Below, piece by piece: positions 51,478 to 64,000 of a stretch of DNA of 64,000 bases. The first letter of the stretch is position 1, and each line of letters opens with the position of its first letter. The notes beneath the pieces were generated by a model that made no database searches, had not been told where the DNA came from, and worked only from the letters and a program-made list of their open reading frames with translations. Both the position numbers and the translations under genes were made by a program. The DNA is from Callorhinchus milii (Eukaryota), in NCBI RefSeq assembly GCF_018977255.1, contig NW_024704743.1, positions 36,272,001 to 36,336,000 on the forward strand, given 5' to 3'.

Positions 51478-51814
51478 AGGATGTGCTTACAAACTCGTGA
51501 AATTTCTTGTTGCAGGGCTGGTTCTTTTTACATTTGTTAGCTAAATATATACTATGCAGAAAATGATTTGCTGCAGAGAATGGACTTCCCATGTGATTGG
51601 ATCTTCAGAATTTAACTCCTATATGCATGGCTACAGAAGATGTGTGCTCTTTAGGCTCGTAACTCATATGGAATCTACTATAAGATGGTAAATGGAATGA
51701 ATAAGCATGTGTATTTAGAACATTTCCAATGGAAATGTTTTAGTGCTAATTGTTCTTAAATTTTCTTCTGAAGTATTGTTTGTATTAAACCATGTATGTT
51801 GTATAAGACTAACC

Positions 51815-51820
51815 AATAAA
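51815..51820 (+). terminator. Candidate EIF1B polyadenylation signal
   Basis: AATAAA about 340 nt after the stop codon. Confidence 0.6.
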
Positions 51821-54290
51821 ACCAGCTATGTATTCGGAGTGCAGTCAATTTGGATTGAATAATGAATCTGATTATAATTGACTTCTTAATGTAAATTTGC
51901 TATCAATATATGCTGTGCGCCAGTTTATCTCGCAATCATTGCCAATTATCTCACTGATCTCCAAGGAGAAAATTATTTTCAGGAGGATCTGCTGACCAAA
52001 AGTGATTTAGAAATATTACATCTAGGGTAAATCTACCTTCTATGCACCCAATTCCTAGTACTGGAATGTCATTCCTCCTACAAACTGCCAGGTTGTCATA
52101 CTGACTTTGGGATCTGTTGTAATAATTAGTGTTGCCTGTGTCGTATTTAGAGTGATATTGCCATTTATTTTACTTTTTAAAATATTTTACAAGCTTTTTG
52201 ATTACAAAATGTGCTGATTACTGATCATAAGGTCCTATATGTGAGTAGTCAGGTTGTTTTGTGCATTGCTTCAGTGAAGGGCTTGGTAATTGAGATATCT
52301 ATCACTATGCTGGTTTGAAGTTTTTCTTCAGATCCACTATTGGTGGCCAAGGTGCTAGATACTACTTGCTACTCTTTCAGAACCTAGTTGCTTCTTTCCT
52401 GACAGCTTTTCCAACCAAAATAAGTATAATTTTGATTTTGTTCAGCACTTAATTTTTCCTCCTTTATTTTCCTTATAATAAAATTCATAGTGCCTTTTGT
52501 AAGTGACAGATCACCAACACCCCCATCAACCTGTCCACACCAGGCTCCATTGCCTTCCTGCTACAGAATGAAATGATTTCAAAATCCTCACATTTGCCTA
52601 CAAATCATTTTGGCATAGAACCATCCTTCCTCTCCAACCAGCTTCTCTTCCCCCAGCTCACGCTTTCTATGAGTCCCTTGGCTTACATTGGTGGCTGCAC
52701 CTTTAGCCATGAGTAACCCAAATCTCATATTCTCGCTCTCAATCACTCAGACTCGTTTCAGATCGTAGCTGAACACTCCTCTAACTGCCTACTGTCACCT
52801 CCCCAGCCTGGCATGAAATTGTGCTGTTTAGTGCTTGGATGCTGCCCAGTGTTTTATGTTTCACACTATTCTCCCTTTAAATTCCATTTCTCTCCTTGGA
52901 GCGCGTGGCTTCTCAGGACATGGGAATAACAGGTATTTCATGCAGGAGTAGACCATTTAGACATCAAATGTCCCACAAGATTCCCTTCAACGTACAAGAA
53001 AACTTCCAACTCGTGGACACTTCAGTTGTGAGGATAAATTGGTATTCAGGCTACTTTTTCAAGTTCTAGATACATCTGCTATTGGTCTGATTCATTTGTT
53101 ATCCCTATTATCAAGTTGAAAGGTAGATTCAAGCCCTACATCGAGGATGTAAATTTGTAGGTTAGGCTAAAATTCCAATGGATTCCTGCATTGTTGGACA
53201 TGCTGCTCTTAAGGTGAGACTAAATCAAGATCCTGTCTGGCTATTCAGGTAACTTTTAAAGTTTCCATGATACTTTCTGAAAGAAGTTTCCATGAAGCAT
53301 ATTGAGAAATTTCTAAGTAATGAACATATTAAACACAATTGCATGAACCTGATTGTGAGCAAAATCCCCAACTCTTATGTGGGCATCTTAATAAGGGACA
53401 TTAGTAGGCAGTCCATTGCCTGCTCTTAATGAGTTTCTACTCTTGCATTATCTGAATCTACCCTGATTTGTTTTAATTGACAGTTGCATGTTTTTAATTG
53501 AACTTAGGACTGCTCCCAGACTTAATCTTCTGTTCAATATTTTGTTGCCTAGTGTCTGAATGTCAAATTGTAGTTCCATAAACAGATATTTGAGAAAGGG
53601 CATAATGAATGCATTTCAGCCGTTTGTGCAGAAAAGTTAAAAGTAACAGCACTTTAATGCAAAGGAATGGTGTGTATTGTTTTCAAACTTTAGCTTGTGA
53701 TTGGAAATTACAATATCTTGTAGCAAATTGCTATTTAGCCTCGCATGGAATTTGCTTCACATTAGCTTGGTCTTCTGTTGCATTTGCCTTGGGGAAGTGG
53801 ACTGAATATTGAGGCTGTACTTTATATAATTAGGTGGTCTCTACTGTTTATAACAATGAGGTAAAAATGACTTTGTACTTGCAATTTTTGGAATGACTTT
53901 AAAGGGACTTGTCGAACTTTTGAGTACAAGTCCAAGAAGTGTCGGCTAATTAGTTTTATAAGAAGTCAGGCATTCATCGGCAAAATGAATAATGCAACAG
54001 TGGTAACCTGCTGTACATTTTCAATAACTTAACGTCTTCCCTTGAAAATCAGAGCATGAAGTAGAAATATTCTAGACCCACATTCTGTAAGTAGCCTAAT
54101 TTGTGCCTTGTGAATATAGATACACTGGAATCAATCAAAGTGATTTTTTGCACCTATTTTTTATTCTAATAATGCATGATACATTCAGTGTATATAAACT
54201 TTGTTTCATTTGGAAATTTTGTGCATTGGATTAAATTTTCCCTGTTGCAGTTTCCTTGCAGCCTGGAACTGCATCTTTTTCTGCGTAGAA

Positions 54291-54613
54291 CTCTGGCTCC
54301 GGTCTGATCCACATCCCTCGTCCTAACCGCCCTACCATCGGTGGCCGGGCCTTCAGCCTCTCAGCCCCTAGGTTCTGGAACTCCATCCCCCAGTGCCTTC
54401 GCCGCTTCCTCCCTTCTTCAAGGCCGGTCTCAAGAGCTTTCTCTTCGACCGTGCCTTCAGCTCCTCTCTCGACTCTCTACCCCCTCCTCGTTCACTCCCT
54501 TCCCTCCGCTCACCCTGACCATTTCCCCCCTGCTCGGGTCCCGACCCAACTGTCCAGTGCCTTGGGACGTCCTGCCGACGTGAAAGGCGTTCTATAAATG
54601 AAATCTTGTTGTT
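54291..54613 (+). mobile_element. L2 3' end
   Basis: Closely similar to 27262-27600. Confidence 0.9.
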
Positions 54614-56513
54614 CAAATAAGGGGCTGTACTCTCCAGGTTTGGAGATTTCTTGGTGAATTCAACCTATAATTGTTATTTCTATTTAAGACTGTATGCCCA
54701 ATAATATACGTCTCCAGCCACTGAGCACTGTGTGTCTGTGTTGGGTTGGCCATTATAGCTCTCAGTGTTAATTGCTCTCTTCAGGCAATATAGGTTTCTT
54801 CTAAGAGCAAGCTGATTTTTAACAGTGGGGTGAAATGCGTAAGTTATTTTCAGCAAATTTCTTTCAGAGGCATAACCACGTCTGTGTAGTAGTGAACTAC
54901 TCATAGAAAACCACCATCTGGATTAGGAAAATTTGTTTTGTGTGATGACTACTTGTGGATGAATGTGGCAGCCAATCCCACAAACAGCCCTGAGTTGAAT
55001 GAACAATTGTATCTGGAGGATAAAGAACAGAAGTCCAGAATTGAAAGGAAAGAGAATAGGACAAGTACAAACACCTATATTTAATTATTTTTCATATTTA
55101 TTTTAGGTTATAGTAATAAAATTGCACTCAAGGTTTGGATTTACTGAAATACTATTATTTTAAAGGCAAGCTTTGCTTAACAATTCTGAGATTTTTGATG
55201 AAATAACAGAGTTAAAGGACAAGAAACAGTGGGAGTGGATAGTTACTGGATTTTCCATTTCCTTAAGGAATCCTGTGAAATGTTGCCAATCAAACATAAT
55301 TGTTCCTTCTCCCTGTATCCTTGTTCAAAATCAAACTTCACAGTTTCCTCTCAAACTCATTCTTTCCTAGGATCTTGAGATCATTGAATTCTTTACTTCC
55401 CTCAGTCTTCCCTTCCTCATCCAAACTACAGGCCTTTAAACCCAAGTTTGAAGCACCTAAACAACTCTTAAAAAAACACAAAATACCACAGATGCTGGAA
55501 ATCTGAAACAAAACAACTTTTGATATGTTTTATCTACAACCTTTGTACAACCCATCATTTGTGTGTTAATTTGACATAGATGTGCATATACAGTTCATAC
55601 AAGTAGTGAGCACACATTTGTTGGATTCCCATACCAATGAGCCATCTAGGTTACTCATCCAACTTCCCAAAAGACTCTTTCAACTCTGAATTCTTTTAAT
55701 GTCCATGAATTTGTCTGGTTTCTTCTGACACTTTTTATATTTGCTTCTTCCCACTCCCTGTACTACGCATTTGTTACACATGCCTTTCACCCTTTTACTA
55801 AACAGCTACTATGCCCCTAACCTCTGGAACTCCCATCTACCTCTCAATCTTGCTTCTTCGTCCATCTTTAATTCCCGAATAAAAATCTTATCTCTTCAAC
55901 CACATCTATAGTCACCGCCTCATCATTGCGGGCATTTGATCCTATCCCTCTTCCAAGAAATTATTGGAAGGATGCTATAAAAAAGGAAGTTGTGAAAAGA
56001 GAATATTATGTGAACACCTACAGAGTTTTGACACCCCTATTCTCCAGGACATTAAAGGATCCACACCTCAATTGATATTAATGTGTACTGTTGTGTAATA
56101 AACAATGGGGTTAAAATGTTAAATTTATTAAAATTGTGCCTAATACAAGGACCAGAACAAGGCACCAATTCTTGCATCTTGGTGTGGAATTGACAAGTGA
56201 CATTAATCTGAAAATTTGGAGCAATGGCCACATTAATATGAACCCCATGTGTTGAAGCCTTTATTCTGCCTTTTACTCTGAAAGGCATAAACTGAAGAAA
56301 GACATTGAAAATAAACCTTAAATTGTTGATCTCTAGTTGATTTGATCAATTCTTGTTATTCATTGACAAGACATGACCAGGAAATTTTAAACCAAAATGC
56401 AAACAGATTAAAAAGATATGTTGGAGAAATGTTCTAGTTTATACAAAAACAATGACACCAGCAAGCTCTTGTCTACTTCAGACATTAGATCATCACCAAA
56501 GCGATAAAAACAG

Positions 56514-56826
56514 GGAGTGATGTAGCATAGTGGCTCGTGCAGTCTCGCAAGCAAGTGGACCTGGGTTTGATTCCCAGACATGGCGAAACCTTAGGCAAAT
56601 ATCCTTACTCCACACACCTCTGTACCTAGCAGTAAGTAGGAACCCGGTTGTTAGTCAATTGGTGGATCGCTTTCCATTGGTAATAATCCCTCCAAAAAAT
56701 AAATATAATAATTTGATGATTCACTCCACAACTATGCACAATTGGCGGCCGCGACTATTCTGTGAAGCGCTTTGAGATGTCGTGACAACGTGATAAGGTG
56801 CTATATATCAAATGCAAGGATTATTA
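56514..56826 (+). mobile_element. Long-variant tRNA-Ala SINE
   Basis: Head, ctctgtacctagcagtaagtaggaacccgg segment, and tail. Confidence 0.85.
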
Positions 56827-58554
56827 ACACAATATGACCTTGAATGAAGTTGATGAGAATGGATATACCATGGAGCAATGTGGAGAAAGGCTTGAAGAAC
56901 AGAAATCAATTCATTTGTGGGGAAGCCCCCATCCTACTGGTCACTACGGTAGTTGGGAATAGCCATGCACAATACACCAGAAGATATACAAATGACAGCA
57001 CCCACAGCAGATAAATGCATTGCTGCTTGATTAGATTTTCTTGTGGATTAAGTGCTGATCCAAAGGCTCTTTCTTATCCTTCAGGCCAGTTAATATAATC
57101 AGGCTTTAAATAGATTACAATAGATACTTTCAATGTCATAAGACGTTGATCAACTTAACATGCTCAGTTAGTATCAGAAACAACATTTAGCCCAGTTCAA
57201 GCAGTTTCTGAACATGCTGAAGTGCAGAGAAAGCTCAAATAATATGAAATGTATTTTAGTTCTTTAAATTTCTGCTTGGAATGAAAAGTTGTTGCAATTT
57301 ATGCTTGGGTGTGAAAACTTCTCCCTTCCAGCTCAGGCTCCCAGTCAGCTGTGAATCCATTTGAGAGGTTCTCCCACTTGAAACGCACAATATAACATTA
57401 TTGTTGTTGTTACCACATAAGCACACCAGGTACTACTAGGGATAGAAATGTAAAACTAAAGGATTTATATGAACATTTTTACCCCGATGTGTGGTAATTT
57501 ATATGTCTTCACACTATTGTATCCAGTACAATATATTTTAAAAGACCAATGTGAGAGTTCTTGCTGATAGCCTCCTCACACATCATCCACATCATCCATG
57601 ACCCATTTAGCAAGATTTCAGTTGAGCAGTAAAGAGTTTACAGTAGAATAATATTTAAATGATAATAACTGGAGAGTTTGTTTTTGTAATCCAATATTTA
57701 AACCTGGATTAAAAGCATCACAGACACATTTTACCCTTCTATTTGCATCTTACCGCACTGTTCTTAGCTGTTAGTTTTGCACAAAAATATTCGAGTGAAG
57801 ATTTGGGTTTCCCAGAGTATGCATTTGGGTATTGCTGGTGTTCCACCAACTAAAACCATAGTGTGCCATTGTGAACACTGTCCAACTATGACAGGCTGAC
57901 CCAGTCAAGCTTTGTTTTACAGGGTTAATCGGAGCTGAGTGGGGGAAGAATCTGCCCAGAGTGCCTAGTCTTCGAGTCCTGCTAACTAACTAGTTCTGAT
58001 ATCGTGTTGTTAGGCATATCACCTTGGAGCTAGCTCAGTTTACTTTCTCCTGCTTTATCCCCACCCACTACCTGCCCAAAAATCTGGCCAGATGAATACA
58101 ATTATTCCACAAAATTATAAAAGAGATTTAATTATTTCCATTCTTTGTTAGTCCAATTAGTCTTGTGTGCAGTAAATTAACTTTTGTAATCGAAGATTAT
58201 AACATTGACTTTGTAATTTACTGTTGCATTTTGTCTTTACTGTTGTTGACATAAAACTCCGAACACAAATTAATTTGTTGCTTTAGCCGACATTGATTCT
58301 AGATGAAGAGCCAAGGATCAAAAATGTAAGACTAATGAACTTAATAGCACAGCCAAAAATAACCAGTGGGTATTATAAATAATAATGGACAATGGAATAG
58401 CTTTGAGGTTGCAATGACATTAAGTGTCTGAATCCTTGGAGGAGATTAGAGCCTTGTAATGTATATGTGCCATGTTTTCCAGTAATCAATGGAAACAATC
58501 ACTCACAAACCTTGTAGCACAGCTAGTGCTGTTTACCGTTGAACCACCACAAAG

Positions 58555-59150
58555 ACAACAACAACAACTTGGATTTGGATAGCACCCTCCATGTCGTGCG
58601 GCGTCTCAGAGCGCTTCACAGAAATGGATCCCGGGGCTGAGCCAGGGGGAGGGGGAGGAAGGTGACCAAAGGCGCGGTCGAAAAGAAAGGTCTTCAGCAG
58701 GGACCTGAAAATAGGAAGAGAGGGGGCGAAGCGAAGGGAGTGAGGAAGGGAATTCCAGAGCCTCGGGGCATAGTGGCTGAAGGCATGGCCGCCGAGGTTG
58801 GAGCAGAGGACTCGGGGGACGAGGAGGAGGAGGCCAGACCCGGAGGAACAAAGGCAACAGGTACTATTTTGAGGAGAGAGGAGGTCAGAGAGGTAGGGGG
58901 GTGCAGAGGAATGGAGAGATTTGAATACATGGGTGAGGACCTTGAAGTTGATCCTCTCTGGGACAAGGAGCCAGTGCAGTCTGGCAAGGACTGGGGTGAT
59001 CGGGGAGCGGAGTTTGGTGCGGGTGAGAATGCGGCAGAGTTTTGAATGATCTGGATTTTATGGATGGCAGTGGATGGGAGACCGGCGAGGAGGGCATTAG
59101 AATAGTCCAACCGAGAGGTGACAAAGGCATGGATTAGGGTTTCAGCAGCT
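58555..59150 (-). mobile_element. L2 3' fragment of a second L2 subfamily
   Basis: [23 protein letters not shown], with a distinct 3' UTR shared with 22842-23010. Confidence 0.9.
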
Positions 59151-60620
59151 TTCCAACATTTTATCAAGGCTGCAATTTCTTCATGGGAGCTGCCAGTGTT
59201 CATTCATTCACACCTCCCACTTCCTGTTTCTGATATTTTTCTTTCAAAGATTGACCTGATAGCGGCCGTCTATCATATGACTAAAGTTGCCTCCAAGTAA
59301 CTCAGTTTCTTTTCTTGTCCAAACACTTCCCCTCAACAGCATTCAAAATCTCTGGAAAGCCCAAGGCTCTTCTAACATCTCTCCATTACACTTCTACATA
59401 GAATATAAAAAGAGGCTTCACCAGAAGAAAAAGCCACAAGGTCATAGCTACCTCTATATTCTCCTGTAACCTACTGCCCCAGCCATTCCCTCTGCTCAGC
59501 AAATACTGACTTGCTCCACCCCCACCATCAGTGGGCAAACCTTTAGCCACTCTGCCCCCACTCTCTAGAACTCCATCTTGGAGACCTTCTGCCTTGCCTC
59601 CTCCCTACTTTCAAATATGTCTCTTCAATCTTCTTTTCAGCCACCTTTGCCCTCCCCCTCTCATCAACTCCCACAAACTTCCTTCCCCACCATCTCCGAG
59701 TCCGTTGGTGAAGCTCTTTGAAACATCCTCCTGATATTAAAGACTGTATGTAAATATAAACATTGCTGCATTATGTGTTTCTTGGAGAATAACACAGTTT
59801 AATTTCCGGCTACCTCGGGATTTGATTTCCTTCTTATCAGAGTGGTATCTGTGGGCACAATAACCATTAATTCTCATCTTGGCCATTTTTAACAAGTGAA
59901 GAGAAAATTCAGCTGTATCTATGTCCAAAGCGGTAATGATTCCTGACTCAAGGACAATGGTTTGGGACCTACCAAGGATTGCGACCGTGTGCTCAGAGCC
60001 AGCATCAGTCCTGATACAGCAATCGAGATGGCCATTGCATTATGTGATGAACACACTTCACAGTTTGGGAGGATCAACGTAATTTGGATTTTAATTGATA
60101 TTAAAATCTGCACTGGTCCGATATAATATTACAGGCATTGGAGATTCCAGTGCCTTTGCGAACAATCCTGGGCTCCTTGGTCAGGACGTGCTTTCTTTGT
60201 GTTATGTAGCTCCACCTGGTGGAGAGCAACACAATTAATTTTAAAATCACAAATACCCTGTACGCTATATTTGTCAAGTGAAGTTCCAGGTAAATTGTAT
60301 GATTCTTTGAACAGGTGTTGCTTGGATCTAAGATAGTCAAGGGTCTCTGCTGACAGACTTAGAAAATTTGCACTCTTGCACTCGCTTGATTAAGGTTACT
60401 TCACAAACTGGGGATGTAGAATCTGCTCGGATCTCCTCTGTTTGGCTCCATCACAGAATATCAGAATAATCCTTGAATTTGATATACATCACATCATCGA
60501 GATGTCTCAAATTGCTTCACAGAATTTACTATAGATTTAAGTATAGTGTAGGTGAACGCAGCAGCCGATTTTTTTTTCAGCCGATTTGTGCACAGCAATG
60601 TCCCACAAACAGCTATGGAG

Positions 60621-60832
60621 CGCACTAAAAAGATGGCAGACTTTCAGTTCATCCACCCACTGCTATTGCCACTTCCTGTGCTCTGTGCATCCGCACTATG
60701 CACAGGAGATACATGCACAATGGACAAGTAGTGACATTGGCCAGTGACCTGATGCCCAGTAGTCAGACACCTTTTAACGTTGAAAGCTTCATGCGCATGC
60801 ACAGAGCGAAGGACGTGCCNTTTTTTAGTGTG
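60621..60832. mobile_element. Candidate MITE with CACTAAAAA termini (CACTA/EnSpm-like)
   Basis: Left end cgCACTAAAAAGATGGCAGACTT; the right end reverse-complements to caCACTAAAAAAnGGCACGTCCTT. Subterminal inverted repeats are also present. Confidence 0.45.
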
Positions 60833-61254
60833 AGAAGCTGGCCAGCTTTCTACACACGTTTGCAGGGTATAAGCAGATGATCATTGTCCTGTAATAACGA
60901 GAGTAGGAATTTTATTGATCTCCTCCTAACTGCTGCCTTTTAATGGGGCTTAATGTAGCCTTAAAAATATATAACAGTGAACCATATTTAGTGAAGCCAT
61001 CATATTTATGCAATGATGTCAAGATGTCTGTGCAGGTATGGAAATTCACCTGAACCACTCAATCCATCGCTCTGGAATCAATCTGTCTCTGATTCTAAAA
61101 ACTTAGGGAATCATGATATATAGTATGCAGCATAGTAATAGTCACAGTACAGACATTGTTAGCACTGTGTTTTAAAGAGCTTTCAAGTTGAATGTAGCAA
61201 TTATTACAAACACATACAATGCAATGCAAATAGCACTGGAAGCATCAGCATCCA

Positions 61255-62290
61255 TGGATGCACACTCCACCTCATCAAGCCAGTCAGGAACCTGGGCATC
61301 TTGTTCACCCCTCAACTGTCCTTTCTCCCCCATATCCGTGCCCTGATCTGCAACATTGTCCGACTCCATCACTGCCTCACCCCTCAAGCCACCGAAACCC
61401 ACATACACGCATTCGTCACCTCAAGGCTCAACTACGGAAACTCCCTCCTTGTTGGCCTTTGGAACTCCATCCCACAATCCCTTCACCTTGCTCCCTCTGT
61501 TGCCTCCTTCAAGGCACGACTCAAACCCTCCATTTTGACTGCGCCTTCAGCCACCCTCCTACCTCTCAGTCCTTCCTCATCCTAACCTGCGCCCCCCCCC
61601 CCCCCCCCCCCCCCCCACGCTCGGGTCCTGATCCGCAACTATTCAGCGCCTTGAGAGTTTTGAACTCTATCCTCCGAGGGTTGATTACGGGAACTCCCTC
61701 CTCATTGGCCTTCCCAACTCTTCCCTTCACAAGCTGCAGATCATCCAAAACTCTGCAGTTCGTGTACTCTCACGCACCAGGCTCCGTGACACCATCGCTC
61801 CCACCCTCGCCCGACTCCACTGGCTCCCCATCCCCCAGAGGATCGAGTTCAAGAACCTCGTCTTCACTTTGAAGGCCATCCATGGCCTTGCCCCCTCCTA
61901 CCTCCATGACCTGCTGACTCCCTACCAACCTGCCCGCTCCCTCCATTCAACGGGCTCCGGTCTACTCCATGTCTCCCGCCTGACCCGCCCTACCATTGGT
62001 GGCCGGGCTTTCAGTCTCTCTGCCCCCACACTCTGGAACTCCATCCTACGGTCCCTTCGCAGCTTGTGGAGGGAAGATTTAGGAAAGCTGACAAGCAGGG
62101 AGTTTGCATAGTCGAGCCTAGATGTGATGAATGCTTGGTTGAGGGTTTCGGGTTGGGGTTGAGGGGTGAGGCAGTGCCGGAGCCGGGCGATGTTGCAGAG
62201 GTGGGGGAAGGCAGAGAGATCATGGCATGGATGTGGGCTAGAAAAGATAGTTGAGGGTCAAACAAGATGCCAAGTTTCCAAACTGACTCA
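61255..62290. mobile_element. Mosaic of L2 fragments on both strands
   Basis: Repeated L2 ORF2 3' motifs. Confidence 0.85.
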
Positions 62291-63087
62291 GTGGAAACAT
62301 TTAGCAAATGTATTTTATTCTTAGGGATGGTGGTTTCGCCCATAAAGTACACAGACAATCCACTTTAAAATATATTCTGTGAAGTGCTTTGAGACATTTC
62401 AACAACGTGATAAGACCCTATATCAAATATAAGGATTATTATTATGATTATGGGGCACAAGGGAGTGTGCTTTCCTTTATGAACAGTAAACAATGTTCCA
62501 CTGTATAATGAGCTTTTACCACTGTAAATTCAAGACCATGCCAATAGGTGGCATTGGCTATTCATGTTTCTTGCAAACTGTGCACAGTACAAATTCCTTT
62601 ATTTCAGCATTTAGCGTACAATTGCAAAATGTCGAATTTCTGAAACATTGTATTATAAATTGGAAATGAGAATGAAATTGAAGTTATTTGAGTATGATCA
62701 CCCCCCCCCACACACACACACACAAAAAAAAACACACCCCTCACTCACCACAACAAATAAATGAGCCTTTTTATCGGTTGACCTGGCATCTGACACATAC
62801 ATCACCATTCTCAAAAGTAGACTAGACCTTGAGCAACATCTACTTACCACTCTGCAGATGAATCAAGGAAGATGCCAAGCCTTGGATGTTTGATCTTGTG
62901 TATACAAACCCATAATTCAGGTATTGCTTTGCAGTGGTTCATCCCAAGCTGCATCACTGCTATATCAGCTATTTGTTGTGTAACTGACCTATTCAGGACG
63001 AGTTGAAACCTTAACAACCCTTCGCTCCCCCATCACCCACAGACCATGAGAAATCAACATGCTAAATGCTGGACAATTTTGCATTTA

Positions 63088-63404
63088 ATAAATAATAATA
63101 ATGCTTGCATTTGATATAGCACCTTATCACGTCTTTGAGACGTCTCACAGCACTTCACAGAATATACTGTTAAGTGAATGACTGTATACTTTGTGTGGAT
63201 TGAGTGACCACATTTTTTTAAAGGGATTATTATCCCCAGAAAGAGATCCGCCAATCGACTATCAACCGGGTTCCTACTTACTGCTGGGTAAACAGTTGCG
63301 TGTGGAGTAAGGAAATTTGCCTAAGGTTTCACCCTACCCGGGAATCGAAACCGGGTCCTCTCGCTTGCAAGGCGAGTGCTCTAACCAATACGCTACAGGA
63401 CTCC
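63088..63404 (-). mobile_element. Long-variant tRNA-Ala SINE
   Basis: On -, GGAGTCCTGTAGCGTATTGGTTAGAGCACTCGCCTTGCAAGCGAGAGGACCCGGTTTCGATTCCCGG..., with tail. Confidence 0.9.
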
Positions 63405-64000
63405 AATCAATCATTGATAGTGTCCAAATCTAGGTGAATGTTTCATAATCTTAATCTGTCAAACTAAATCCATCCCAAATAAGAACTGTAAATTTTCTAC
63501 AAATACAGTCCAGTTTTCAGCCTCTTAAATGCAGCTGAGACATTCACTGAATTATTCAAGCAGAGATGTGCTGAGGAAGTAGCAATACAAATATTTCATG
63601 GCAAGCAATAATACATCTGTGTTTTCTGTGAATCACAAGAGCTTTCTTCTTTTCTAAGCACTGTAGCCCTCTCTACATATACCCACAGGTTCACTGTAGA
63701 ATTTTTTTATTATAATTTTAAAATATATTACTCCTCTGTTGTGCATGGCAGCACTGATCATTTGAGTAGCCAGTCGTTCATCAGTGACAGTAATAACATC
63801 AAGAGGCAGTCAAACAATTTGCTTTCAGAGGGTAAAGAGTTGGCACAAAAATGTATGAGTGTTAATAAATAAATCTAAAATTGTTCACGCTGGCTGTCAC
63901 AACAGATCACAGTGCCAATTGGTAATCGCTAAACTAAGAAATAAAAACTCATCTCTAAGTATTTCAGAAAGAGAACCTCGATGTTTTAAAATTACTGGAA

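Noticed and set aside
51900..64000. ENTPD3 exons expected downstream of EIF1B from human synteny
   Set aside because: No exon with recognisable NTPDase sequence was found by eye.
1..64000. CRISPR array or prokaryotic defence system
   Set aside because: The sequence is intron-rich vertebrate DNA, and the recurring motifs are SINE and LINE tails rather than regularly spaced repeats.

Overview
Vertebrate genomic DNA, not prokaryotic. The SINE, L2 and CR1 families suggest a cartilaginous fish, probably a chimaera (inference). Three spliced genes can be assembled by hand. (1) The 3' coding exons and 3' UTR of MYRIP on + (6859 to about 21.2 kb). (2) A small neuropeptide precursor gene on - that the ORF track shows only in part: prolactin-releasing peptide 2 / C-RFamide (prlh2), CDS 28826-28673 + 25804-25614, 114 aa, with a TATA box at about 30440. 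Its predicted 20-mer NSEIDPFWYVDRGVRPIGRF-amide differs at three positions from the canonical SPEIDPFWYVGRGVRPIGRF-amide. (3) A complete four-exon EIF1B on + (45626-51477, 113 aa) with a CpG-island promoter, a weak start-codon context, unusual substitutions in conserved motifs and a 1.2 kb G-rich minisatellite in intron 1. The rest is dense in L2 and CR1 LINE fragments, tRNA-Ala-headed composite SINEs, Deu-domain SINE relics, MITEs and two unclassified old repeats. All reference sequences used for comparison were recalled from memory; no database search was run.
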